Assembly: GCA_047495785.1 (NCBI GenBank)
Contig: JBLDXI010000058.1
Coordinates: 62,001 to 126,000 of the forward strand
Source of the DNA: Lepidodermella squamata
Lineage: Eukaryota > Animalia > Gastrotricha
Direction: 5' to 3'
Length of the DNA stretch: 64,000 bases
A program made the translations under genes and the position numbers. The notes under the pieces are model-generated. The model saw only the letters and a program-made list of their open reading frames with translations, searched no databases and was not told the origin of the DNA. Of this stretch, positions 63,324-64,000 are shown in pieces (positions within the stretch are counted from its first letter, which is position 1; each line of letters starts with the position of its first letter).

Positions 63324-63862
63324 ATGGCTGCGACGGCTTTCGTTAAAGACGACTCGACGTCGAGTGGCAGCCAACTAACGGTGAGCAGCCTCGCCGAGTC
63401 TTACTTGCTGCGCGGCTCCGACGCCCTCCGTCGGCGCCATGCCGGTCTCACCGCCAATTTTTATCACCAAAACACCGAAAGTCATGAGACGCGCGCGCCC
63501 CGACCCGCAAACATGGGCGCTACACTGTCACCCGTCGTCGATGAGCCTGTGATTACAGCTGACAACTGCAGCTTGGCGACGACGTCCACAGCTCGCCGAC
63601 ACCATTCGCACCGTCACCGCCACTCGCACAAGTGCAGCCATCGGCATAGACGCCGCAGCGGAGGCGAGGCGGGCGACGAGACACAAACTACGTCACCTCC
63701 ACCGGTCGCACCAACGCCTCGGCCGCCGTCGTCGCCACCGTCGCTGCCCAGCTTCCGGCCCGGCAGCAGCACCAAACCCGGCGCCGATGACCGACCGGCG
63801 GACTCGGTTTCGGCAAACAACCGCCACGAGCGCGCAACGTCACCGACTTCGACCATTATCAG
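63324..63862 (+). CDS. First coding exon of an unidentified gene (His/Arg tract, Pro/Ser-rich) that continues beyond the window
   Basis: GC-rich 180-codon ORF with donor AG|GTAGGA at 63862 and an upstream acceptor TTTAG at 63274. Confidence 0.6.
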
Positions 63863-64000
63863 GTAGGAATCCAGGTTTAATGCGCCCTGAATAAATACCT
63901 GTCTTCCGCCGCGACCTCGCACAGCCATCCTGAATTACAACCCCATCCTCCTTATATGTTGCACTCGCTTTTGCCTCCAGTTTTTCGTTGAGTTTCATAC

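Noticed and set aside
1-64000. tRNA, rRNA and snRNA genes
   Set aside because: No cloverleaf or conserved rRNA/snRNA sequence recognised by eye; a covariance-model scan would be needed to exclude them.

Overview
Eukaryotic (invertebrate animal) genomic DNA with compact GT-AG introns, mostly about 50-62 nt. Bases 1-14.5 kb are a nested transposon island. It holds a decayed Ty1/copia element, RTE-like and CR1/Jockey-like LINE fragments, and several MITEs. It also holds a structurally complete 3.56-kb Sola-type DNA transposon with perfect 29-bp TIRs, an ACCT target-site duplication, palindromic subterminal arrays and a spliced but frameshifted DDD transposase. This element carries an extra intact PB1-domain-like ORF and an inserted RTE 3' end. 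The rest of the window is gene-rich. I assembled by hand a 16-exon class B1 (secretin/PTH-receptor-like) GPCR, an SRCIN1/KIAA1217-family adaptor, a gly-5/pgant9-like polypeptide GalNAc transferase, WIP/verprolin, ATP-citrate lyase and WDR75. There is also a partly resolved, possibly CABIT-like gene and the first coding exon of an unknown gene. The most notable items are the PB1-like cargo in the Sola element, a GPCR with rewired activation motifs, and a recurring 5' layout of splice acceptor, optional micro-uORF, then ATG, which suggests trans-splicing or 5'UTR introns. All protein assignments come from motif recognition from memory; no searches were run.
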